Source: Candidatus Poribacteria bacterium (GTDB lineage: Bacteria > Poribacteria > WGA-4E > WGA-3G). From it: DNA of 64,000 nt. A program made the position numbers and the translations under genes. Where the stretch lies: assembly GCA_965209095.1 (NCBI GenBank), contig OZ242381.1, positions 4,126,630 to 4,190,629 of the forward strand, read 5' to 3'. Within the stretch, counting starts at the first letter, position 1, and every line of letters begins with the position of its first letter. A model generated the notes under the pieces. The model had not been told where the DNA came from. It saw only the letters and a program-made list of their open reading frames with translations, and searched no databases. Shown here one piece after another: positions 20,271-29,158 of the stretch.

Positions 20271-21935
20271 ATGGTCGAGAACAGTGTATCGGGAAGTTTT
20301 AGAGGTATAGAGATTAGTTTTAACTATAATGGGCCGCATGTTGTTATGAGTGTTCTGAATACAACAGATGAAGGTAAACTACTTCGTGTGATGTTTCAGC
20401 AACAGCCGCGAAGCGGTCGTGTCAATTGGACAACATTTCAGTTGACTGGCCAACTCCAGGAAGTAGTGGTACCACCTGAGGTAATGCAGTCACACAAATT
20501 AGCATTCTATGTTGATAATCATGAACCGATTGCAACTTATACTGATAAAATCATAGATGAATTAAAGCAGATACAGGAGAAAAGTAATCTGGATAATCCT
20601 CCAAATGTCCCTGGACCAGAATTGGATCAGCAATCCCCTCTACTTACCAAAAATGATGGATTTGATGCTTCAATAAATAACCAGGATACCGAAAAAACGC
20701 CGACTGGTATTCATAATGATAACGTCATAGATCACACAAGCAAAGTAAAGCCAGATGGAACTGATTTTCAACATGCCTCTGATGACACAGATGACGTTCA
20801 AACATCTACGAAAGTAGATGACATTAGACAGAATGAAACTGGTGATAAAAAAACAGTTACTCCCTCAACAACATCCAATACAAACCCATCTGATATTTCT
20901 AATGGACCTCAGCCAAAGGATCAGAATGATATTGTAGATAGGTTAACATCTGAAGCGAAGTCTAATCTGTTAAGAAATGGGAAACCCAAAACAACCAGAA
21001 TCAGTAGACCTATTCCTGATGTAAATACTGAATTACAGTTCAAAATTAAAGTGCCATCTCTACCAAAAAGTGCTACGAAAAAACAAACGACTTTTATGCC
21101 AGTTCAAACTGCCCAATTCTCAGCAACAAACCAACAAAAGCAAGGGTTTTTTGGTAATTTAGCTGGAGCATTTGGTTTATCGTTTGCAAATAAGAAACAG
21201 TACTATATTGAGCAAAACAAACATCTTCATGACAGATTTCATGCTGATTTAGAAAAAATGGAGAATGACTACAATAACGGTAATGGCATTCCACTTGAAT
21301 CATGGGATATTGCAGCGTTAAATGAACAACAGACTGCAGTTCTTCTACTTAACCTTATGGTTAACGAGATAAGTGAATGGAAAAAGGATACCCAGAAAGC
21401 AAGTTCAACAGAAGATACACTTGTTAAATCTCTTGAGGAAATTGAAAGGGAACTGAAACGGACCTTGAAGCATACCAGGGGTATAAATGCCCCGTCTCCC
21501 ACTCTTTTTCCTGATAGGAACGCCACCTCTGATCAAGAATTAGAACGTATTCAAAAAGACTGTGATAGTTACTTACAACGGTTTTCTGAAAAGTTATCTA
21601 CACTTGAACAAAAACATGCAGAAAAAGTCCGCGTACCAGCATTCAAAAAGTTTTTGTTGGAATTTGTGCGTGATAAACTCTTTCCTTCAGTTGCAGAATT
21701 CAGTTCTCTTAAATCAGTCCAGTCAAGGTTAAGTTGGTTTCTTGATTTAATTGACTATGAATTAATGCCGATTGAACCGGGTGTAACTAAGTTTTCTCCT
21801 GAACTTCATGAACTGAAAGATGTCTGTAGCAGTGGTCTTGATACTGATACTATTGTTGAAGTTGTCACACCTGGATTACAATTGAAGGGCGGGAAACGGA
21901 TTGTACAGAATGCTGTTGTGATTCAAGCGGAGTAG
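20271..21935 (+). CDS. GrpE-like nucleotide-exchange-factor domain at the C-terminus, fused to a low-complexity N-terminal extension of about 340 aa.
   Basis: The C-terminal FSPELHEL...DTIVEVVTPGLQLKGGKRIVQNAVVI resembles the GrpE beta-domain FDPNLHEA...VVEV.QKGYKL.DRVLRPAMV.V. The preceding helices, FKKFLLEFVRDKLFPSVAEF, resemble GrpE KFAKDLLPVLDNLERA. The N-terminal two-thirds is rich in T/S/N/D/Q/P with no recognisable domain, and the start is uncertain. Confidence 0.5.
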   Translation: MVENSVSGSFRGIEISFNYNGPHVVMSVLNTTDEGKLLRVMFQQQPRSGRVNWTTFQLTGQLQEVVVPPEVMQSHKLAFYVDNHEPIATYTDKIIDELKQIQEKSNLDNPPNVPGPELDQQSPLLTKNDGFDASINNQDTEKTPTGIHNDNVIDHTSKVKPDGTDFQHASDDTDDVQTSTKVDDIRQNETGDKKTVTPSTTSNTNPSDISNGPQPKDQNDIVDRLTSEAKSNLLRNGKPKTTRISRPIPDVNTELQFKIKVPSLPKSATKKQTTFMPVQTAQFSATNQQKQGFFGNLAGAFGLSFANKKQYYIEQNKHLHDRFHADLEKMENDYNNGNGIPLESWDIAALNEQQTAVLLLNLMVNEISEWKKDTQKASSTEDTLVKSLEEIERELKRTLKHTRGINAPSPTLFPDRNATSDQELERIQKDCDSYLQRFSEKLSTLEQKHAEKVRVPAFKKFLLEFVRDKLFPSVAEFSSLKSVQSRLSWFLDLIDYELMPIEPGVTKFSPELHELKDVCSSGLDTDTIVEVVTPGLQLKGGKRIVQNAVVIQAE

Positions 21936-21938
21936 CAT

Positions 21939-22946
21939 GTGATTATTCGAGAAGATCTTCTCCAAAGAATTGCGAAAATCCCACAAGTTGATATTGGTCA
22001 TTTTCCAACCCCGCTTGAGGCGTGTCCGCGCCTCACCGAAGCACTCGGTGGCCCCCGTATCTACATTAAACGCGAAGACTGTTCTGGATTAGCAATGGGT
22101 GGGAACAAAGTCCGTCAATTGACTTTCACAATTGGCGATGCAGTTGCCCAAGGAGCAGATACAATCGTTCATGGGGCAGCATCTCAATCCAACCATTGCC
22201 GTCAAGCTGCTGCTGCTTGCAATAAACTCGGATTAAATTGTTATCTACGCCTTGCCAAAGATCATAAAAGTATCATACAGGGTAATTTGCTTTTAGATAA
22301 TCTGTTTGGGGCAGATATTGAGATCGTAGATATACCATTTGGTCCTGAATTAGAGGAATATAAGGCTCAACTTGCCGAGAAGTTAAAAGCAGACGGCTTA
22401 AACCCTTATGTCGTTACTTCACCGCGATCAACAGCACTTGCAGCAGTTGCCTTCACTTGGTGTGTCGCAGAAATACACGAGCAGCAAGAAGAAATGGGAA
22501 TAGATGCTGATTATATATACACCGCATCTGTAGGAGGAACACAAGCAGGATTAGTATTGGGTAGGAAAGCTATGAATATGAAACTGAAACCTTATGGGAT
22601 TGCTCCAATCCATTGGGAAGGGAAATATGACCGTATGCGTAATGCTGCGAATTCAGCTGCATCACTATTAGACATTGATATAAACATATTGGATACCGAT
22701 ATACAGAATAGTGATGATTATATTGGAGAAGGATACGGTCATCTCACGCCAGAGTGTATTTCAGCACTTAAATTGGTCGCAAGGACAGAAGGCATAATAC
22801 TTGATCCGGTTTATACTTCAAAGGCGATGGCTTGTTTAATTCAACATATCAAGCAGAACAAATTTGATAGGAATGATACTGTAATCTTCCTACATACTGG
22901 CGGAACACCAGCACTTTTTGCGTATAATGACGATATTCAATTCTAA
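21939..22946 (+). CDS. PLP-dependent D-cysteine desulfhydrase / ACC deaminase family protein.
   Basis: The N-terminus reads FPTPLE...IYIKREDCSGLAMGGNKVRQL, which contains the PLP lysine context. The tryptophan-synthase-beta-like fold length is 335 aa. Confidence 0.75.
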   Translation: MIIREDLLQRIAKIPQVDIGHFPTPLEACPRLTEALGGPRIYIKREDCSGLAMGGNKVRQLTFTIGDAVAQGADTIVHGAASQSNHCRQAAAACNKLGLNCYLRLAKDHKSIIQGNLLLDNLFGADIEIVDIPFGPELEEYKAQLAEKLKADGLNPYVVTSPRSTALAAVAFTWCVAEIHEQQEEMGIDADYIYTASVGGTQAGLVLGRKAMNMKLKPYGIAPIHWEGKYDRMRNAANSAASLLDIDINILDTDIQNSDDYIGEGYGHLTPECISALKLVARTEGIILDPVYTSKAMACLIQHIKQNKFDRNDTVIFLHTGGTPALFAYNDDIQF

Positions 22947-22955
22947 TTCACCGTA

Positions 22956-23738
22956 TTAAGACATTTTCTCATAGTGGACAAATTCTGTTTTTTCCAATCT
23001 TACAGAATCTCCGTTTTCTGTATCCATATACCCTAATCTCAATAGTGTCATCACTTCATGGAAGTCCGGGATATTAAAGTGTTTGCGGATATTATCTCGA
23101 TCTGTCTTGCTTTCTAATGGCGCACTGACAAATTGCACGCCAATTCCAAGAGCAGTCGCAGCCAATAGTATATTCTGGATTAACATGCCTATACTTAACC
23201 ACATCCATCTATCCGCACCTTCCCCTGGTGGTTTTCTTTGTGTGTTCATAGTAATCAGTATCAATAGAGGTGCATGACGAACTTGTGCTGCAATTTCATT
23301 TGCGGGAATCTTACCTGCTCCTAAATGTCCTAATATTGATAATGATTTAGCATTTTTTACCAATACTTTCAGCAGACTACCCGTAAGTTTTTTCGGTGCG
23401 TCTTTAAACATCTTAGGTAAAGTAATATGGTCTGTCAATAGGACACCATCACTACGATCTTTCCATTCATTTTCATCTATGCTCATCCACTTGCTATTGT
23501 CATCCAAAAACTGTGTGTCTTTGAACTGTTGGACTATTGCTTGTTCTGTCATATTCGCAAGGATATCTTTTCCTTCTGATTCTTTTATTATGAGTAATTC
23601 CCAAGGTTGTGTATTAAAGGGTGACGGGGTCCATCGTGCGGACTCAATTATATGATTCAAATCAGCGTCATCAATAGGACGTTGCTTGAATTCACCGCGA
23701 TAACTTCTACGTTGTATGATAGCATCAAATATGTTCAT
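22956..23738 (-). CDS. Nitroreductase family protein.
   Basis: The N-terminus IIQRRSYRGEF...TPSPFNTQPWELLII matches the nitroreductase fold signature. It overlaps the downstream kinase gene by 14 nt. Confidence 0.7.
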   Translation of the reverse strand: MNIFDAIIQRRSYRGEFKQRPIDDADLNHIIESARWTPSPFNTQPWELLIIKESEGKDILANMTEQAIVQQFKDTQFLDDNSKWMSIDENEWKDRSDGVLLTDHITLPKMFKDAPKKLTGSLLKVLVKNAKSLSILGHLGAGKIPANEIAAQVRHAPLLILITMNTQRKPPGEGADRWMWLSIGMLIQNILLAATALGIGVQFVSAPLESKTDRDNIRKHFNIPDFHEVMTLLRLGYMDTENGDSVRLEKTEFVHYEKMS

Positions 23739-24789
23739 TCTGTTTCTTATATCTTTTCAAGATATCTTCAGGATAGGCAGTGCCTGTTGTGCCAATTTTT
23801 GTTATTGTGATAGATGCCACCAAGTTTCCAATATAAGCAGCTTCTACTACCTTCTCTTTTCCCATGCTACAGAGCGTAGCAACTATTCCTGCAGATACAC
23901 TATCTCCCGCACCTACAGGATCTATCTTTTCATCAACTTTTATACTTGGTATATGTGCTAATCGATCATTATGATACACAAGAATTCCATCTTCACCAAG
24001 CGTAACGTATACAGTATTTTGCGTTTGCTCTGAAAGTTTTATCGCACAGTTTTTTGCAGTATTAATGTCAACATTTTTTTCATCCCAAAGTTGATCCAGT
24101 GCTCGTTGTGCTTCAAAACGATTCGGTTTAATGATTACATTTTTATATCTGCCAATTCGATTTCGTGAGTCTGCCAAGATGACTTTCTCCGGATATGATG
24201 AAGCGAAACTACACAATTCTTCACGGACACGTTCTGTTATGACTCCATAATTTTCATGTTGCATTTGATCACCTATGATAATACCATCTACATTTGGTAT
24301 ACAATCATATAAGGCATTTAGAACTTCTTTCTCAACATTTTCAGAGATTGGCGTTCTGTTTTCAATATCAAAACGCGGTCCTTCGTGTTCTATATCTTCA
24401 AAGCCCCGGTGTATCGGTTTCAGATAGGTCGGGGTTACACAATTCGGTGCAGAAATCATATAATCGGTAATACAGCCACTTTCATTTAACTCATTCAGTA
24501 ATATTTGACCAAAACCATCTTCGCCAACGACCCCGATTGTATAGACTGTTCCTATACCCAGTGCCTTTAGGTTATTTGTTACGGTTCCTGCTGCACCTGG
24601 GCTATATCGTTGGTCAACCACAGGATTTGTATACCATGGTGTTTCCAATGACAGCGTCGAAAGGGTTTTATCAATATACCAATATGCATCCAGATAAAAA
24701 TCACCTATGACAAGGATGCTTAAAGTTTTAAATCCTGATAATATAGATTGTAGTTCTTCAAATGTGATCAATTCTACGCTCCGAAACAT
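23725..24789 (-). CDS. PfkB-family carbohydrate kinase, similar to the RfaE/HldE heptose-7-phosphate kinase domain.
   Basis: The N-terminus ILVIGDFYLDAYWY resembles HldE domain I, VLVVGDVMLDRYWYG. The C-terminal block DPVGAGDSVSAG is the PfkB anion-hole motif. Confidence 0.65.
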   Translation of the reverse strand: MFRSVELITFEELQSILSGFKTLSILVIGDFYLDAYWYIDKTLSTLSLETPWYTNPVVDQRYSPGAAGTVTNNLKALGIGTVYTIGVVGEDGFGQILLNELNESGCITDYMISAPNCVTPTYLKPIHRGFEDIEHEGPRFDIENRTPISENVEKEVLNALYDCIPNVDGIIIGDQMQHENYGVITERVREELCSFASSYPEKVILADSRNRIGRYKNVIIKPNRFEAQRALDQLWDEKNVDINTAKNCAIKLSEQTQNTVYVTLGEDGILVYHNDRLAHIPSIKVDEKIDPVGAGDSVSAGIVATLCSMGKEKVVEAAYIGNLVASITITKIGTTGTAYPEDILKRYKKQNEHI

Positions 24790-24848
24790 ACATATTCAAC
24801 TAACTACTATTATATCATAATCCTGCTTCTGTCAAATATAAAAACCTT

Positions 24849-25047
24849 GGAGGGTGTGAAAAGTTTTTGATACTTGTCTGAACCAGGATTTTCAGGATTT
24901 ATAGATTTTCGGGATTTTTCTCATCAAGTCCTATTTCATAAAGACAACACCAAACATGCATCAAAAAGCCTGGATATGGTAATTCTGGTAATCTGTAAAT
25001 CCTGAAAATCCTGGTTCAGACAAGTGCTAAAAACTATACACCCCCCC
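24849..25047. repeat. MITE-like element with 52-bp terminal inverted repeats (a family-1 variant).
   Basis: Left end GGAGGGTGTGAAAAGTTTTTGATACTTGTCTGAACCAGGATTTTCAGGATTT. Right end AAATCCTGAAAATCCTGGTTCAGACAAGTGCTAAAAACTATACACCCCCCC. AAAAACCTTG occurs on both flanks but not immediately adjacent. A fragment (aatcctggttcagacaa) recurs at 60700. Confidence 0.65.
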
Positions 25048-25157
25048 ATATAATTTGAAAAACCTTGACATCATATATAAAAAAAGATATACTAAATGAA
25101 GGAATAACAAATCGTAAATTGAAAGGATTAATGGATTTCTCGCCATAAAGATTTCTT

Positions 25158-25949
25158 ATGAACCTTGGACTCAAAAACAAAATTGCAGTTGTAGGAGCAT
25201 CAAGTAAAGGACTTGGAAAAGCAATCGCACTCGGTTTAGCACAAGAAGGTGCGAAAGTTACAATCTGTGCAAGAGACAGCGGCACTTTGGCAGAAACAGC
25301 AGCAGAAATACAAAAGGAAACCGGTTCTGAAGTATTCGCTGTCCCAACCGATGTAAGTCAACCAACTCAAGTTGAATCGCTCATAAATGAGACAATATCA
25401 CATTTTGGTGGGATTGATATTTTAGTCAACAATGCTGGTGGTCCACGAGCAGGTAGGTTTGATGACCTATCAGCAGAAGATTATATAAGTGCTGTTCAAC
25501 TGAACTTGATGAGTACCATAAATCTATCTCGTGCAGTTGTTCCATCTATGCGTAAACGTGGCGGTGGACGTATTATCAACCTAACTTCAGTATCTGTCAA
25601 ACAACCTGTAGATGGTCTTATGTTATCTAATATGGCACGCACAGGCGTTATCGGTTTTGCAAAGACTCTTGCAACAGAACTTGCACCTGATAAGATTCTC
25701 GTTAACAATGTCTGTCCCGGAATTATTTTCACAGATAGGATAAAGCAGTTAGCCACCGTTAGAGCGGAAGAGGGAGGAATTTCCTTTGAAGCGGCACTTG
25801 AGAAAATGACTGCAGACATACCGCTCGGTAGAATTGGGGATCCTAAAGAATTCGCGAATTTAGTTGTCTTCCTTGCATCTGAACGTGCAAGTTATATTAC
25901 AGGTGCGACAATCCAAGTTGATGGAGGAATGGTTAGGTCTCTGCTTTAG
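25158..25949 (+). CDS. Short-chain dehydrogenase/reductase (SDR) family oxidoreductase, FabG-like.
   Basis: Glycine-rich NAD(P)-binding motif VVGASSKGLGKA, NNAG, and spacing appropriate for the catalytic region. Confidence 0.8.
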   Translation: MNLGLKNKIAVVGASSKGLGKAIALGLAQEGAKVTICARDSGTLAETAAEIQKETGSEVFAVPTDVSQPTQVESLINETISHFGGIDILVNNAGGPRAGRFDDLSAEDYISAVQLNLMSTINLSRAVVPSMRKRGGGRIINLTSVSVKQPVDGLMLSNMARTGVIGFAKTLATELAPDKILVNNVCPGIIFTDRIKQLATVRAEEGGISFEAALEKMTADIPLGRIGDPKEFANLVVFLASERASYITGATIQVDGGMVRSLL

Positions 25950-25982
25950 GGCAATTAATGATACCACATCTCTATTCTGATA

Positions 25983-26015
25983 TTCGAACCTAAGTTGCCA
26001 CCTATGTAGCACAAT
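25983..26015. repeat. Solo terminus of the family-2 MITE (AACCTAAGTTGCCACCTATGTAGCACAATCTG).
   Basis: Matches the ends of the elements at 40943..41237 and 54018..54160. Confidence 0.5.
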
Positions 26016-26483
26016 CTGTACGAAGTTCAAATAAATATTTCGGTAATCTATTAGAAAAAACGGTGTTTGTATGTCTAAAATCCTAATGAGATTTGACATT
26101 CAAGTTCGGCAATGACAGACGTAGGGGTTGGGTTTCCCAACTCATCTGGAGCTTTGTTGATTGCACACCGGGTGAGGTTCCCTCGCTCCTACGAATACGC
26201 AATTTGAAAGAAATGAGGATATTCTCATGTTATTAAAACTTATAGAACAACGCCGTAACAGGTACAAGCGATTCGTTTTGATCTATGCTGTTATCAGTTG
26301 TGTTGCAGGATTAATTCTGCTTGGAAGTATCGGTCTGATGCATGCGTTGCATGTATATTCCTTCGACAGCGGTTATCATCGGGCTACTGATTGTGGTGTT
26401 CCAATACATCCCAAACCAACACAACCGCTTTCAAACCAACCGCCATGCTTGTTGGACGCAGGCAGATAAAGGAGGAACCTATC

Positions 26484-26977
26484 ATGAATAAGAAGTTTTA
26501 TTGGGATTAGTTATCCTCATCACTTTACTGGTAGATACTGCATGTGTTGTGTTTCTTCTTCATAAACATGCCCCACAAGAAGCATTTGATTTGTTTGAAT
26601 CGTTTTTTCGATACCATTTTATAGACCAACGCGAAGTCCAAGTGTATTTTTTAGAAATTGAAGGAAAAGACCCACCCTCAGAATTTATGGATCGGTTTGC
26701 TGGGCATTCACCTTCTATAAAGAATGGTTCTGAATTTATATCGGATGGTTTTGAGAATAGTGATGGTATTTTATTTCAAATTGATAGTTGGAGATGGCGC
26801 GGTTGGGGTTGGCTTACCAGAGCTCATGCTGTAATATCTGGTGGATATCGAGATAAATTTGGTGTTTCTTACGCTACTTACATTTTGAAAAGGGAGAAAA
26901 ATAGGTGGACATTGGATCGTGTGGGGCATGGATTTGGCATTGAATTCGTAACTCCACAAATGCCACCAAGCCCATAG
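26484..26977 (+). pseudogene. Frameshifted paralog of the downstream N-anchored protein gene. An ATG with a strong RBS gives MNKKFYWD-stop. A 1-nt shorter G-run than the paralog shifts the frame, and the remaining ORF was called from a TTG at 26501.
   Basis: tattgggattagttatcctcatcact here versus tattggggattagttatcctcatcact at 27008. Adding one G restores MNKKFYWGLVILITLLV..., which continues into the 158-aa ORF. Confidence 0.5.
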
Positions 26978-26987
26978 GAGTAATATT

Positions 26988-28346
26988 ATGGTGACCCGTA
27001 GAATGTATTGGGGATTAGTTATCCTCATCACTCTTGTTGTCACTGCCACAGTGTGGGTAGTGGTACACAACAATGCGGCAATAGAACAAATGAAAGAGGA
27101 GTCAGCTGAACTTTTGCCACAAAGCGATGATCCATCATTGCAAAACACACCGAAACGTGTGGCAGATTCACCAGACTACCAACCGCCCCCGCTTGGCGAA
27201 ACAGATGACACGGGATATTGGGAAGGCAACACGTGGCATCAAAAACCTGCTCCGAAACCGAAAAAAAGAGGGTTCTGGTCAGAGGACATAGATACACTCG
27301 CACATCGGATAATACGCGGTGTTGAGATTAAAAATCCAGAAAGATTCCAGTTAGCGCAACGTATCATCCGTGAATATCCTTATTCCGAAGCTGTGCTCAA
27401 AATGAGGTACACATTCATGCATTACGACGAAAATGGTTATAGTCGTTCACTTGGTGGTGAAGACCAAATAGAGTATCTCAAGGGCATGCTAAAATACCAT
27501 CCGAATTCACCACGTGTGCTGTCAGATTTAGCAATGTATCTGAGCTACGATTCTTCGGAGGAGGCGATTGCTTTTGCTAAAAAGTCGCTGCGTGTAGACC
27601 CATCAAATATAGACGCGCATGATGCATTAGGGACAGCGTATCAACGTTTGGGCGATTACAAAACTGCGTTAGTCCACCTGAAGGCGGGTCAGAAGTTGAG
27701 TGATCCGAATGATGGGTCCCGTTGGGTAGAAATCGTTATAGACGAAAACACGAGCCTTTACAATGACTATGATGAGTTTACGTATGAAATATCTATGATA
27801 GCAGCGGGTACCCCGCGTTATGGTCCGGCACCGCAGCCGCCTGTATCATCGTCTGTGGACGTTCCGATGTTTCCTTCGGATGCTGTGTCTACACCGCCCC
27901 CTGCCCTTGATCCATCGTTTGATCCGTTGTCTACTCCGTTTGATATGCCTGCTGCTTCGTCTGTAGATGAGCGTGACGTTGCTTCAGCAGGGTCTCCTTC
28001 GTGGCGTGATGCTCCTGCGGGACGTGCGCGTGCATCGATGGAAACGGAACGTCGTCGCCGTGAAGAGTTTGATAGTTTTCTGCAATGGATGGAGCAGATA
28101 GAGCGAGCGAAGTCACCTGCGGATTTAGATGACTTTTTGATGCGTGAGATGGCGATGCAGCTGCAAGGTGGGACCTCTGCGTTCACACCGGATCGTTTGG
28201 TGCGTGCGTTTGAAACGTTACAACGTCATGGGGAGCGTCAAGGGCGTATAGAACTTGAAAAGCGCGATGCGGAGTTAGCGCGTGAAATGGAACGGGCAAG
28301 CCCGAAAAACGGTGTGTCTTCTCGGTCTGTCCCGAATAAAAGTTAG
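26988..28346 (+). CDS. N-terminally membrane-anchored hypothetical protein with a TPR-like helical segment, a Pro-rich low-complexity region and a C-terminal coiled coil.
   Basis: 452 aa. The TM helix YWGLVILITLVVTATVWVV is nearly identical to the upstream paralog N-terminus. No catalytic motifs recognised. Confidence 0.55.
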   Translation: MVTRRMYWGLVILITLVVTATVWVVVHNNAAIEQMKEESAELLPQSDDPSLQNTPKRVADSPDYQPPPLGETDDTGYWEGNTWHQKPAPKPKKRGFWSEDIDTLAHRIIRGVEIKNPERFQLAQRIIREYPYSEAVLKMRYTFMHYDENGYSRSLGGEDQIEYLKGMLKYHPNSPRVLSDLAMYLSYDSSEEAIAFAKKSLRVDPSNIDAHDALGTAYQRLGDYKTALVHLKAGQKLSDPNDGSRWVEIVIDENTSLYNDYDEFTYEISMIAAGTPRYGPAPQPPVSSSVDVPMFPSDAVSTPPPALDPSFDPLSTPFDMPAASSVDERDVASAGSPSWRDAPAGRARASMETERRRREEFDSFLQWMEQIERAKSPADLDDFLMREMAMQLQGGTSAFTPDRLVRAFETLQRHGERQGRIELEKRDAELAREMERASPKNGVSSRSVPNKS

Positions 28347-28424
28347 ATTTGCGCATCTAAAATGTTGTAGGTAGCAAATTGAGTTATTCAATGTAAATGG
28401 ACAACAATCCCTAAGTAATGCACA

Positions 28425-29135
28425 ATGTTAGTATCTGTAATCATTCCAGCATATAACGAAGAGCAAACAATTCTACAGGTATTAGAAAATGTGCAAGCGT
28501 TACCGATTCAAAAACAGATTATTGTTGTGAATGATGGTTCTACGGATAACACACATGCACTTCTTGAAAAAGTAAGTGTTGATGCCGAGGTGACTATAAT
28601 TCATCACGAGGTGAATAGAGGAAAAGGTTACGCAATTCGAAGTGGGATACCGCATATTAAGGGTAATTTGGTAATCATTCAGGATGCAGATATGGAACTC
28701 TGTCCGAGTGATATATTGCAGATAGTAGAACCGTTAAAAGATGATAGTGTTAAAGTTGTCTACGGTTCAAGGTTTCTAAATGGTAGAGGAAACGCGAGTC
28801 TTCACAACTATGTAGCAAACAAAATTCTTGCTATCTATACAAATATGCTTTATGGATGTAGAATCACGGATGAGTCTACGGGATATAAAGCATTTTCATC
28901 AAATCTGTTAAAGGCACTAAATTTAACTTGTGAAGGATTTGAATTTTGTCCTGAAGTGACAGCAAAGATATTACGTGGTGGTTTTAAGATTCAGGAAGTA
29001 CCTGTTTCCTATTTTCCACGTTCTAAGAAAGAGGGTAAGAAACTTCGCTTTTTCACGGATGGTTTCTTTGCTGCTTGGACATTGTTGAAATTTCGTTTTA
29101 TTTCAAAGAATAAGATTTTTAAGAAGAATACATGA
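28425..29135 (+). CDS. Family 2 glycosyltransferase (DPM1/GtrB-like).
   Basis: VSVIIPAYNEE, VVNDGSTDNT and a DxD-type motif near QDADME. Confidence 0.8.
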   Translation: MLVSVIIPAYNEEQTILQVLENVQALPIQKQIIVVNDGSTDNTHALLEKVSVDAEVTIIHHEVNRGKGYAIRSGIPHIKGNLVIIQDADMELCPSDILQIVEPLKDDSVKVVYGSRFLNGRGNASLHNYVANKILAIYTNMLYGCRITDESTGYKAFSSNLLKALNLTCEGFEFCPEVTAKILRGGFKIQEVPVSYFPRSKKEGKKLRFFTDGFFAAWTLLKFRFISKNKIFKKNT

Positions 29136-29158
29136 AATATTCAATTGGAGGTTAATGA

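Noticed and set aside
26227-26469. 80-aa ORF with one hydrophobic segment
   Set aside because: It starts inside a hairpin-repeat region and has no RBS or homology. It is not reported as a gene, though a small membrane protein cannot be excluded.
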